64,000 bases of DNA, taken from the NCBI GenBank assembly GCA_963662625.1, contig OY759726.1:544001-608000 (forward strand). Direction: 5' to 3'. The first letter of the stretch is position 1, and every line of letters starts with the position of its first letter. Under the pieces are notes generated by a model. The model made no database searches, had not been told where the DNA came from, and saw nothing but the letters and a program-made list of their open reading frames with translations. The DNA comes from Nitrosopumilus sp. (lineage in GTDB: Archaea; Thermoproteota; Nitrososphaeria; Nitrososphaerales; Nitrosopumilaceae). A program made the position numbers and the translations under genes. Shown here one piece after another: positions 8,867 to 17,880 of the stretch.

Positions 8867-10516
8867 TTAGCCACCGGGGCGGCCAAATATTAATCCAGAC
8901 AGGGACACCTCGAAGCCGGCCGCCGGCACGCGTATCTTGTAGCCGGCCATCGTCCCGGAGCCGATCTCCCCGACCACGCCGACGGCCCTCCCGCCGGCCA
9001 GGATCGCCGCCGTCCGGCCCCCCTCGAGGGCCGGATCCGACGCCGCCCTGGTGCGGATCTCCACCCCGAACCCCGCGCCCAGCACGGACTGCAGGACAGA
9101 CTTTGCCTCGGAGAAGCTGGCGCCGGCGTGGGCGCTGACGCACGCGAGGCTGTGCCCCTCGGACACCGGGTCCCCGCGCCCGAAGACGACGCCGGTCTCG
9201 AACAGCCTCTGCGGGTACGGCGCGTGCACGTTCCTTGACAGGTTCTCCACCAGCCCGGGCAGCAGCGAGTCGCGCAGGATCGTGTGCTCCAGGCTCTTGG
9301 AGTCCATGACGGAGATGGCGCCCCCGTCCCCCCTCCCGGTCGCGCCGTAGAGGGACTTCCTGCTGGTGAGGCACGAGTTGAGGGCCTCGGTGTAGCCTAG
9401 CCCCACCATCAGGAGGCCGAGCTTCCTGAGCCCTGCCGGCACCGGGTCGGCGCGCCCGAGCGTCCCGGGCGGCGACAGGGACGGCTCCAGGTTGCATATC
9501 CCGTAGCCCAGCGCGACCTCCTCCACCAGGTCCATCGGGCCCAGGATGTCGAACCTGTGCGGCGGGACCGTGCACGCGATCGAGCCGCCGTCCCTCGCCG
9601 CGCCCAGCCGGGATCTCTTCAGCGACGAGATGATCCGCGCGGCCGGCAGGTCCAGGCCCAGCGTCCGGTTGACCAGGCCCGGGGACAGCCCGATCTCCCT
9701 GGGCTCCAGCGCCGGGGTCGAGTTTCCGGCCCCGGATATCTCCACCTCCTCCAGCCGGAAGCCCGCCGCCTGGAGCGTCAGCGCCAGCACCGCGAGCACG
9801 TCCTCGACGGCGGCCCTTCCCGTCCCGGTCACCTCCACGAAGAGGTTCCTGGTGGACTCGGTGAGGGTCGTCGCGGCCGCGTTGATGATCGGCGGGAGGG
9901 ACACCGTGCGGCCGTCGGAGTCCAGTATGACCGGCACCGGGCCGGAGCCCCCCAGTATCCCGCCGTACGCCCTTCCCGCGTCCGTGTCGGCGAGGACCTG
10001 CGACGCCGCGAGCTCCCTGTCCGAGTGCAGCGGGACGAACCTGTGGCCCCTGCCGGCCACCGTATAGGCAAGCGGGAACGAGATCATGTCGAGGTCGTGT
10101 ATCCCGATAGACGACTTCCTCCTCCTCCTCCCGATCCCAAAGTGCAGGTCCTCCTGCATCGCCATGAGCTGCCTGATCAGCCCGTCGTCGACCGTGCCGC
10201 CCCTTGCTGCGATCCCCGTGACGTACGGCCTGACGCCTGCGACCTTGGGGGAGGCGCGGAGCGCGAGCCTGCCGGGCCTCCGTATCCTGAGGCGCACCAT
10301 CCCCGTCCTCACGCCGAGGATCCCCTGCAGCCCCAGCGAGATGCCGTAGTCGGTGGAATAGTCGGGCCTGTTGGGGCTGTACTCCACCCTGACCGTGTCC
10401 CCGTCCTCCGACTCGATGTCCAGCCCCAGGAACGGGAGGGACTCGGACACCCGCCCCCTGGTGGCCCCGCCGACCAGCCCTTGCAGCCGCGAATACGACA
10501 GCTCGACTACCGGCAT
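8867..10516 (-). CDS. pheT: phenylalanine--tRNA ligase beta subunit
   Basis: MPVVEL start at 10516, PNRPD, QEDLH, SLPPIIN, DLVEEVALGYG; follows pheS. Confidence 0.93.
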   Translation of the reverse strand: MPVVELSYSRLQGLVGGATRGRVSESLPFLGLDIESEDGDTVRVEYSPNRPDYSTDYGISLGLQGILGVRTGMVRLRIRRPGRLALRASPKVAGVRPYVTGIAARGGTVDDGLIRQLMAMQEDLHFGIGRRRRKSSIGIHDLDMISFPLAYTVAGRGHRFVPLHSDRELAASQVLADTDAGRAYGGILGGSGPVPVILDSDGRTVSLPPIINAAATTLTESTRNLFVEVTGTGRAAVEDVLAVLALTLQAAGFRLEEVEISGAGNSTPALEPREIGLSPGLVNRTLGLDLPAARIISSLKRSRLGAARDGGSIACTVPPHRFDILGPMDLVEEVALGYGICNLEPSLSPPGTLGRADPVPAGLRKLGLLMVGLGYTEALNSCLTSRKSLYGATGRGDGGAISVMDSKSLEHTILRDSLLPGLVENLSRNVHAPYPQRLFETGVVFGRGDPVSEGHSLACVSAHAGASFSEAKSVLQSVLGAGFGVEIRTRAASDPALEGGRTAAILAGGRAVGVVGEIGSGTMAGYKIRVPAAGFEVSLSGLIFGRPGG

Positions 10517-11895
10517 CTGCCAGCGCCCCTCAGCCAGTCCATGTCGTTGTTGTAAAACTCCCTGACGTCGTCCACCCCGTATTTCAGCATCGCGATCCTC
10601 TCTATCCCTCCCCCCCACGCGAGGACGGGATCCCGGATCCCGAGCGGCCCGGTCACCTCGGGCCTGAATATCCCCATCCCGAACAGCTCGACCCACTTCC
10701 CGAGGCGCTCGTTGTACACCATCGTCTGGAGGGAGGGCTCCGTGTACGGGAAGAACGTGGGCCAGAACTTCACCCTGTCGATGCCCATCCTCCTGTAGAA
10801 CTCCTTCTGGATCCCCATCAGGCCGCGCAGGGTGGCGCCGCCCCCGGCGACCACCCCCTCCACCTGGTGGAAGTCCACCAGGTGCTTGTAGCCGACCTTC
10901 TCGTTCCGGAACACCCGGCCCAGGGAGAAGACCCGGGCCTCGTCGGGGCGGGCCTCTGCCAGGTGCCTTATGGTGACGCACGTGGTGTGGGTCCGGAGCA
11001 CCATCCTCCTCGCCTCCCCGGCGTCCCACCTGTAGCGCCAGCCGCTCTTGTGCGACGCCGAGACCCTCCTGATCTGGTCCCGGGTGGCGATCCTCCCGGC
11101 GGAGGCGCCCTCGATGTAGAACGTGTCCTGCATCTCCCGCGCGGGGTGGTCCTGCGGGGTGAACAGCGCGTCAAAGTTCCAGAAGCTGGGCTGGGCCAGG
11201 CCCCCGAGCACCTCGGAGAAGCCGAGCGTGACGAACGTCTCGCGGATCTCGTCGATTGTGTCCGCCAGGGGGTGGGTCCTGGCGATGTACGTGTCGGGCA
11301 CGTCGGCCTCGACGTCTATCGCGCCCGCGTCGCCGGAGATCCGGATGGATCTCGCCTTCCTCGTGAGCGACACCTCCCGGGTGCTCGTCACCTCCTCCAC
11401 GACAAAGTCGGGCCTCCCCAGCAGCGACGACAGGTCGCCTCCCGGGAGGCTCGCGGCCGGGACCGTCCCCCCGCCGATTATCCCGAGCGACCTCTCCCCC
11501 GGCAGCTCGGCGGGCGGGTCCTTCAGCGACACCACGGCCCCCGACGTGGAGATCCAGCCGTTCCTCCGCGCGAGGCCGACTGCCGGCCCGAACGCCGGGC
11601 CCAGCTCCCCCCGGACCTCCTGCAGGTCCCTCGGGCCGCCCTTCAGCGAGTCCAGCAGCCTCCGCTCCGGCAGCCCCTTCCGGGCCGACTCCAGGCCGTT
11701 TCTCCCGAGGCGGAACCGCGTGTCGCGGGACTCGCGCACCGCCGCCAGGCCCTTCAGCCGGAGCCACTCTATCCCGCGGCGCGCCTGGTCGGGCAGCAGC
11801 CCCGCGGACTCTGCGAGCTCCTCGGCGGTCTGCCCCGGGCTGTCCCTGAGCGACGAGATTATCTTTTTTTCAATTTCGTGAAAGACTTGCGGCAC
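10507..11895 (-). CDS. pheS: phenylalanine--tRNA ligase alpha subunit
   Basis: WNFDALFTPQDHPAREMQDTF, LRTHTT, FPYTEPS, GMGIFRPE. Confidence 0.97.
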   Translation of the reverse strand: MPQVFHEIEKKIISSLRDSPGQTAEELAESAGLLPDQARRGIEWLRLKGLAAVRESRDTRFRLGRNGLESARKGLPERRLLDSLKGGPRDLQEVRGELGPAFGPAVGLARRNGWISTSGAVVSLKDPPAELPGERSLGIIGGGTVPAASLPGGDLSSLLGRPDFVVEEVTSTREVSLTRKARSIRISGDAGAIDVEADVPDTYIARTHPLADTIDEIRETFVTLGFSEVLGGLAQPSFWNFDALFTPQDHPAREMQDTFYIEGASAGRIATRDQIRRVSASHKSGWRYRWDAGEARRMVLRTHTTCVTIRHLAEARPDEARVFSLGRVFRNEKVGYKHLVDFHQVEGVVAGGGATLRGLMGIQKEFYRRMGIDRVKFWPTFFPYTEPSLQTMVYNERLGKWVELFGMGIFRPEVTGPLGIRDPVLAWGGGIERIAMLKYGVDDVREFYNNDMDWLRGAGRCR

Positions 11896-11945
11896 AGCAG
11901 AAGGTTTGAAAAAGACTTTTTAAACCTTAACCTGAGTCTCAGTGG

Positions 11946-13052
11946 ATGCCTGACGACTTTGTTGTGACACCGTGGCACGTCGAGGGCGACATAGACTACG
12001 ACAGGCTGGTGGAAAAGTTCGGCGTCGAGAAGATCTCCCGGGAGACGCGGCGCAGGGTGAGGGAGGCCGCCGGCGAGGACCACTTTATGCTGAGGAGGGG
12101 GGTGTTCTTTTCTCACAGGGACGTGTGTAGGATCCTCGACTGCCACGCCGCCGGCGACAGGTTCTTCCTGTATACCGGGAGGGGCCCGTCCGGCCACACC
12201 CACATCGGGCACCTGGTGCCGTGGGTATTTGCAAAGTGGATCCAGGACAGGTTCGGCGTCAACATGTACTTCCAGCTGACCGACGACGAGAAGTTCTACG
12301 CGAAGGACACGACGCTGGAGGAGACGGGGAGCTTCGCGTACGAGAACGCGCTCGACTTCATCGCGCTGGGCTTCAGGCCGGAGAACACGAAGATAATAAT
12401 AAACACGAGGAACATCCGCACGCTGTACCCCATCGCGGCGCGCATAGCGAAGAGGATCAACTTTTCAAACACGAAGGCCACGTTCGGGTTCACGAACGAG
12501 ACCAACATCGGCATGATATTCTACACGGCGCTGCAGTCCGCGCCGTGCTTCATCGAGGAGGGGCCGGTCCTGATACCGCTCGGCGTGGACCAAGACCCGC
12601 ACTTCCGGCTTACGAGGGACGTCGCGCCGAAGATCGGCAGGGCCAAGCCGGCGCTGATCCACAACGTGATGGTCCCGGGGCTGGGGGGCCCCGGGGGGAA
12701 GATGTCGGGGTCTGACGGGAGCGGGACCGTGTACACCACCGACCCGGAGGGGGCCGTCAGGAAAAAGATCAACAAGTACGCGTTCTCCGGGGGCCAGCCG
12801 GACGCCGGGCTCCACAGGAAGCACGGGGGGAACCCCGACATAGACGTGTCGTTCCAGTACCTCAGGATGTTCTTCGAGCCCGACGACGGGAAGCTGGGGT
12901 CGATCCGCGACGACTACGTGTCCGGGAAGATGCTGACCGGGGAGCTCAAGGCCATACTGGTAGAGAAGGTGAACGGGTTCCTCGAGGCGCACCAGGAGAG
13001 GAGGGAGGAGGCGAGGGGGAGGCTGGACGAGTTCCTCTTCGAGGACAGATGA
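11946..13052 (+). CDS. trpS: tryptophan--tRNA ligase
   Basis: LYTGRGPS, HIGH, DQDPHFR, KMSGS. Confidence 0.96.
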   Translation: MPDDFVVTPWHVEGDIDYDRLVEKFGVEKISRETRRRVREAAGEDHFMLRRGVFFSHRDVCRILDCHAAGDRFFLYTGRGPSGHTHIGHLVPWVFAKWIQDRFGVNMYFQLTDDEKFYAKDTTLEETGSFAYENALDFIALGFRPENTKIIINTRNIRTLYPIAARIAKRINFSNTKATFGFTNETNIGMIFYTALQSAPCFIEEGPVLIPLGVDQDPHFRLTRDVAPKIGRAKPALIHNVMVPGLGGPGGKMSGSDGSGTVYTTDPEGAVRKKINKYAFSGGQPDAGLHRKHGGNPDIDVSFQYLRMFFEPDDGKLGSIRDDYVSGKMLTGELKAILVEKVNGFLEAHQERREEARGRLDEFLFEDR

Positions 13053-13330
13053 GGGCCAGGGTAAGCTGCGAGGACGCGTACGAGGCCCGGAAGCTGGCGG
13101 GCCTGATCTATGCCAGCGAGTCCGGGGAGACCAACATAGAGTCGGTCCTCAACACGGTGGGAAACGAGCTCGTGATCGCGCTGAAGGACAAGTCGGCCCA
13201 CAGCATACTCCTGGAGGACGCCTCTGGCGCGGAGGCCTTTGCGGACTTTGTCCAGTCGGTGACTGACGGGGAGCACGGGATAGTCCGCGCCGTGGCGGAG
13301 GGGAGGCACGTCGACGTGGAGAAGGCGTAG
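13049..13330 (+). CDS. hypothetical protein
   Basis: 93-aa ORF coupled to trpS by an ATGA overlap. Confidence 0.75.
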   Translation: MRARVSCEDAYEARKLAGLIYASESGETNIESVLNTVGNELVIALKDKSAHSILLEDASGAEAFADFVQSVTDGEHGIVRAVAEGRHVDVEKA

Positions 13331-13414
13331 CTATGGCTGGAACACGGCGTACAGCGCGACCAGGCCGACTATGGCAATCAGGCTCAGTCCCAGTGCTTTG
13401 AGGTCAGCGTCCAT
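13331..13414 (-). CDS. small single-TM membrane peptide (27 aa, MDADLKALGLSLIAIVGLVALYAVFQP)
   Basis: ATG..TAG ORF filling the intergenic gap; TATA-like TTTAATTATAA about 20-30 nt upstream on the minus strand; one hydrophobic helix. Confidence 0.6.
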   Translation of the reverse strand: MDADLKALGLSLIAIVGLVALYAVFQP

Positions 13415-13530
13415 GGGATGGGCTCTGCCGCATTATAATTAAAGTCTGTCGACACGCGTTTCGCGCAACTAAATGTCAAACCCGTCCCGCCCCGGTGCGC
13501 CGCGCGGCGGCCGTGGGGGGCCCGGGCCCG

Positions 13531-13860
13531 TCACACCAGGGACTTGTCCATCTCCGCGTCCAGTATCTCCTGGACCTTGAGGAAGTACAGCCTGGTGGTG
13601 GCCGGCATCTCGTCCAGGTTGGAGTCCACGGCCATCATGAAGTACCTGACCGCGCGCTTTGAGATGTCCAGGTTGAACTTCATCGGGAGCACCGGATCCT
13701 GGCTCACCCCGATCTTGTCTTCCAGCCACGGCGGCGCCATCTCGATCGTCTCCCTGATTATCCTGTCGTACCACAGCGACAGGTTGTCCGGCTGCAGCCC
13801 CTGCTGCAGCGCGGAGACGTCCGAGTCGATCTGGTTCAGCATGTTGTTGATGATCGCCAT
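13531..13860 (-). CDS. hypothetical protein
   Basis: 109-aa ORF with normal coding composition. Confidence 0.75.
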   Translation of the reverse strand: MAIINNMLNQIDSDVSALQQGLQPDNLSLWYDRIIRETIEMAPPWLEDKIGVSQDPVLPMKFNLDISKRAVRYFMMAVDSNLDEMPATTRLYFLKVQEILDAEMDKSLV

Positions 13861-13912
13861 GCGTGCGTGTCGGGGAGTTGCGTTTTATCCCAGCTGCTCA
13901 AATATAGGTAGC

Positions 13913-14389
13913 CTACTTGTCAACAGGCAAGAGCCTCCCGTCCACGTCTATCTCGGAGTTTCTTATCCTGGTGGTGGAGATGCGCCTCCCGTCCTGGGCC
14001 CGGACCATGGGGACCGCCACTATCGCCACCGGCGGGAGGCCCCTTTCGGCGCGCATGGAGTTGAGGACGTCGCCCTGCCCCCGCGTCTCCTCGCTGACCA
14101 CCAGCGCCTGCACGCCCTCCTCGAGGACGGCCGGGCCGAAATCGTTTTCAAGCCTGCTTATCTTGAAGTGGCGCCCCGGAAAATCCGCCCCGAGGGCCAG
14201 GATCAGGGCCCTGAGCCTCTGCCGGTAGTCGTGGGCGGTGTCCTTGCCCCTCTGCCTGGCGAGATCGTCGCTCGTCAGCCCTATGATGACCCGCGACGAG
14301 GCCTCGAACGCCCTCGAGAGGAGCGCCCTGTGGCCCGCGTGTATGATGTCAAAGGTGCCCCCCGTGGCTGCAAGTTTGAATTCGGCCAT
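13913..14389 (-). CDS. coaD: phosphopantetheine adenylyltransferase (archaeal type)
   Basis: GGTFDIIHAGH, VVSEET and ISTTRIR motifs. Confidence 0.92.
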   Translation of the reverse strand: MAEFKLAATGGTFDIIHAGHRALLSRAFEASSRVIIGLTSDDLARQRGKDTAHDYRQRLRALILALGADFPGRHFKISRLENDFGPAVLEEGVQALVVSEETRGQGDVLNSMRAERGLPPVAIVAVPMVRAQDGRRISTTRIRNSEIDVDGRLLPVDK

Positions 14390-14402
14390 CTGCCACCCCG
14401 CC

Positions 14403-15470
14403 CTATGTCACGCTTATCAGCACGATCGGCCCCTTCTCGGCGATCGGCACGCTGTTCCTGTCCCAGACGAAGGTCTCGATGAAGAACTCGCCGGCGTTGC
14501 CCGGGATCCAGTCTACCGACTGGTACTGGCTGCCCGTGCCGATGTACCGGCCGTCGTACTTGCCCACGAACTCCACGTAGGGGGAGGGCCCGAGCTGCTT
14601 CACCTGGACGAAGTAGGTGTATGGCGTCTCGTTCGTGGGCTGCGTGCCCGAGAACCGGATCTGCGACTCGCTCTCGATGCGCACCGTGGTGCCCGCCGGG
14701 ATCTCCAGGAGCTCGTTTCCGGAGGCGTCCCTGACGGCGATGTCCGTGATGGCGGCCAGCTTTGTGAACCTCTCCTGCTCGGGGAGGCGGACGTCCACGA
14801 AGTCGGAGTAGAATATGCTGGACTCGGAGAACAGCAGGAACCCCACCGCGCGGGATCCCACCTCCCCGCTGAACTCAAACGGGACGGCCTCGTTCGGGAG
14901 TATGTTCCCTAGCCCGACGGTGCGGACGTCCAGCATCCTCGGGGGATCAAACGCGTCGTAAAACGCGACGTAGACGTTGGCGCCGGTGGCCGGCGCGGCG
15001 CCGTTCTTCAGGACCCCGGAGAAGGACAGGGCGCCGCCGTGGTAGAAGACGCCGCCGGCCTCCACCGCGGGCTGCTTCGCCTTCGGGGTCGAGGTGGCAA
15101 AGCCCTGGAGGCTTACCGAGGCCTGGGTGACCGCGGGCGCGGGGGCCGCCGACTTTATGATGTACGGGGAGGATCCCGACGGGGGGATCACGTCCAGGAC
15201 GGTGCCCCCCGTGGCCGACTCCAGCGGCGTCGCGCCTGCATCGTCAAAGAAATCCACGGCCAGCCGGACGCCGGAGATCGGGGTCAGCTCGTTGTCGTTG
15301 ACGACCTGCCCGACGACCACGGCGTACCCGTCGCCGTCGCGGTACAGGAACTGGGACTCGTCCACGAGCCTGACCGTCAGGGTGGGCTCGGTGTCGGTGA
15401 GCTCGGCGGAAAACACGGGGGATGCCGGAAGCAGCGAGAGGATCAGGAACGCGGGGATGGCCTTGTACAT
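14403..15470 (-). CDS. secreted beta-rich hypothetical protein
   Basis: Signal peptide; Ig-like/FxLYD-like segments (VVGQVVN..., VDFFD, VAFYD). Confidence 0.75.
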   Translation of the reverse strand: MYKAIPAFLILSLLPASPVFSAELTDTEPTLTVRLVDESQFLYRDGDGYAVVVGQVVNDNELTPISGVRLAVDFFDDAGATPLESATGGTVLDVIPPSGSSPYIIKSAAPAPAVTQASVSLQGFATSTPKAKQPAVEAGGVFYHGGALSFSGVLKNGAAPATGANVYVAFYDAFDPPRMLDVRTVGLGNILPNEAVPFEFSGEVGSRAVGFLLFSESSIFYSDFVDVRLPEQERFTKLAAITDIAVRDASGNELLEIPAGTTVRIESESQIRFSGTQPTNETPYTYFVQVKQLGPSPYVEFVGKYDGRYIGTGSQYQSVDWIPGNAGEFFIETFVWDRNSVPIAEKGPIVLISVT

Positions 15471-15576
15471 GGTTTGGGTGCAAGGAAGTGATTAATTTCA
15501 TGCGACATATCATATAGTCAACAAGAAAGGCAACAAGGTTTAACCCAATTACAAAAAGAGGAGCAAAAATTGAATT

Positions 15577-15681
15577 CTATCTCTTCTTCATTGCCGTAAT
15601 TGCCAACCAGTATACCAAACCCGGCGCTAAACCAACAATGAGTGGAATCCATACAGGCCATCCGTCTACTACGCTTGCCAT
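15577..15681 (-). CDS. small membrane peptide (34 aa, MASVVDGWPVWIPLIVGLAPGLVYWLAITAMKKR)
   Basis: ATG..TAG ORF; TTTAAATA box about 25 nt upstream; T-runs downstream; TM helix followed by KKR; 50/105 nt GC. Confidence 0.7.
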   Translation of the reverse strand: MASVVDGWPVWIPLIVGLAPGLVYWLAITAMKKR

Positions 15682-15766
15682 GGGTTATTGCCGTAACTTA
15701 TCCTATTTAAATCCATCCAGAAGGCCGGATTTCGCGGCTGATCGCGGGCGCCCGCAGGGATTGGAG

Positions 15767-15840
15767 TGGACTGGACGGGATTTGAACCCATGACCCCCCG
15801 CGTGCAAGGCGGGTATACTACCAGGCTATACTACCAGCCC
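15767..15840 (-). tRNA. tRNA-Ala(TGC)
   Basis: GGGCTGG/CCAGTCC acceptor stem with G3-U70; anticodon arm CCCGC-CT-TGC-AC-GCGGG. Confidence 0.95.
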
Positions 15841-15867
15841 ACGCGGGATATGGCCCTGCCGCGGATT

Positions 15868-16179
15868 TTAATTGTTGTCTTGGGGCCGTCCGCGCCCGCC
15901 GCGGCCGGGCGGGGCGCTCGCGCGGGCCAGGCCGTGCCCCGTCGTTCCCCGCGTCCGGTCCCCGGCGGCCTTCCCGGGATCAGCGTGGCCGACGACCTTG
16001 ACCCGGCCCACCTGCCCGTCCATGAGCCTTACCTTGATCCCGTGCGGGTGGGAGTCGCCGCGGGTGAGGATCTCCTTTACGATTCCGCCGGTGAGCCTTC
16101 CCGTCCCCTGGTCCGCCTTCGTCTCGACGCTGGCGCGGCAGCCGATCTTGATCTGGGTCCTGGCAGGGTGGCCTGTCAT
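15868..16179 (-). CDS. YwbE family protein
   Basis: KADQGTGRLTGGIVKEILT..HPHGIKVRLMDGQVGRV. Confidence 0.85.
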   Translation of the reverse strand: MTGHPARTQIKIGCRASVETKADQGTGRLTGGIVKEILTRGDSHPHGIKVRLMDGQVGRVKVVGHADPGKAAGDRTRGTTGHGLARASAPPGRGGRGRPQDNN

Positions 16180-16312
16180 GCGTGGGGTGTCCCGCCGCGG
16201 CCTATAAGAATTTCCGGGCCGGCGCGGGGGCGGATCCCGGCGCCCGAGACCCCGGCGGCGCGGGCGGGCACCGGAACGACAGGTTTACTTGGGATTGGCG
16301 CCGCGTTTACTT

Positions 16313-16510
16313 ATGCGCTGGCTCCGTCAGGCGCTGTGCGTGGCCGCGGTCGCCTCGCTTGCGCCCATCCTGCACTACGCGAACGCGCTAGGCGTCATCC
16401 TGGCGTACGCGTACGTGGCCGTCATCCTGACGGTTTCGGTCGCGTACTTTTTGTGGGTGATCCCGGTGATGTTTTTCGTGTTTTTGTACGGCGCCGTTGC
16501 GCCCGCATGA
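16313..16510 (+). CDS. small hydrophobic hypothetical protein
   Basis: 65-aa, almost entirely hydrophobic ORF from ATG 16313. Confidence 0.45.
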   Translation: MRWLRQALCVAAVASLAPILHYANALGVILAYAYVAVILTVSVAYFLWVIPVMFFVFLYGAVAPA

Positions 16511-16613
16511 GCCCGCCTCTGGGATTGCGCGGATCCCGCGCGCGGGTTCCCTCCGGGGCAGCCGCGCGCCTGCGGGCCCCCGTGGCCGCGCCGGCTAGGC
16601 CGGGGGTTGTCAG

Positions 16614-16688
16614 TGGGCCCGATGAGATTCGAACTCATGACCTTTCGATTATCAGTCGAACGCTCCAGCCAAGCTGAGCTACGAGCCC
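16614..16688 (-). tRNA. tRNA-Ile(GAT)
   Basis: GGGCTCG/CGGGCCC acceptor; TTCGA-CT-GAT-AA-TCGAA anticodon arm. Confidence 0.95.
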
Positions 16689-16720
16689 ACGGACAGTCTT
16701 CCGCCGGGAGTCATTTAAGT

Positions 16721-17272
16721 CTAATTTTCCTTCCACTTGATCGAGCAGCCGATCGACGGGTCAAAGTCTTTTTCTATGCCCTCCCCGGACAGCATCTTCC
16801 GGATGTTTACCGCCATGGTGTTCTCCGTCGGGGTGCTCCCGGGCTTCATGGCGTCGTCAATCCTGCCGTGAAACACCAGCTTCTTGTCCTTGTCGAAGAG
16901 GAACGGATCCGGGGTGCACATGGCGCCGTACTTCCTGGCAACCTCCTGTGTCGTGTCCACCAGGTAGTCGAACTTGAACCCCTTCTTGGACGCGACCGTT
17001 TTCATGTTGTCAAAGCTGTCCTCGGGATAGGCCGACGGGTCGTTGCTGTTGATCCCCACGATGTCTATCTTGTCCCCGAACTCGCCGTACAGCTCGTTCA
17101 GCGCGTCGGATTTTGCCTTTACGTAGGGGCAGTGGTTGCACATGAAGATGACCAGTAGCCCGCCCTTGCCGTAGTCGCCAAGCGAGTGCGTCATGTCGTC
17201 AGTCCCGGTCAGCTTGAATTCCGGCGCGGCGTCGCCCGTCCTCAGCCTGAGCTGCGATTCCAACAGGACCAT
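16721..17272 (-). CDS. thioredoxin-fold (AhpC/TSA, PRX-like) protein
   Basis: GDAAPEFKL, FMCNHCPYV, CTPD and SIGCSIKWK motifs. Confidence 0.9.
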   Translation of the reverse strand: MVLLESQLRLRTGDAAPEFKLTGTDDMTHSLGDYGKGGLLVIFMCNHCPYVKAKSDALNELYGEFGDKIDIVGINSNDPSAYPEDSFDNMKTVASKKGFKFDYLVDTTQEVARKYGAMCTPDPFLFDKDKKLVFHGRIDDAMKPGSTPTENTMAVNIRKMLSGEGIEKDFDPSIGCSIKWKEN

Positions 17273-17880
17273 GGTTTTACGTGCGGCCCGTCAAATAAAA
17301 CCCTTCTCACCTGCATAGTCTGTTGCACAACTCGGCACGATCCCCGGGCCGTGGCCAGGCCGTGCCGCTTGGGGTCCCTACGCCCCCGCCTCCCCCGCCC
17401 ACCGGTTGTACTGGGCCACCCTGAGCCTTGCCTCCTGCACGATGTTCTCCCACCTGCGCGAGCGCGCGTGATCCCCGGACGTCCCCTTGAACGCCGACAT
17501 GGTTATCCCGGTCGGCCGCCTCCTGCCGTACCCCTTCCTGGCCTCCCGGTACCGGGCGTTCTCCTCCCTCTCCCTCGTGCCCGTCCTGCCGGCGCGCGCC
17601 TCCGGGCCGCCCCCCGGCCGGTCCCGCGCCGCCTCGCCCCACGCGCCGCCGGCGCCCCTGCCCCCGGCGGCGGGCGCTACCCTGGCCGGGACGGTCGGCC
17701 CCACGCCCATGTCGCGGCACCTCCGCATGTTGTCCCGCGACGCGCACGCCCCGTCGGCGATCAGGCGCGCCCAGTGGGAGCCGGGCGGCTGGCCGCGAAA
17801 GCCGGCGGCGGGCCTGCCCATGGCTGGCCTTGGGCCCGGAATTTGTCCTGCCTCTGCCGCGGGCCGGCGCCCGCGGCCCC

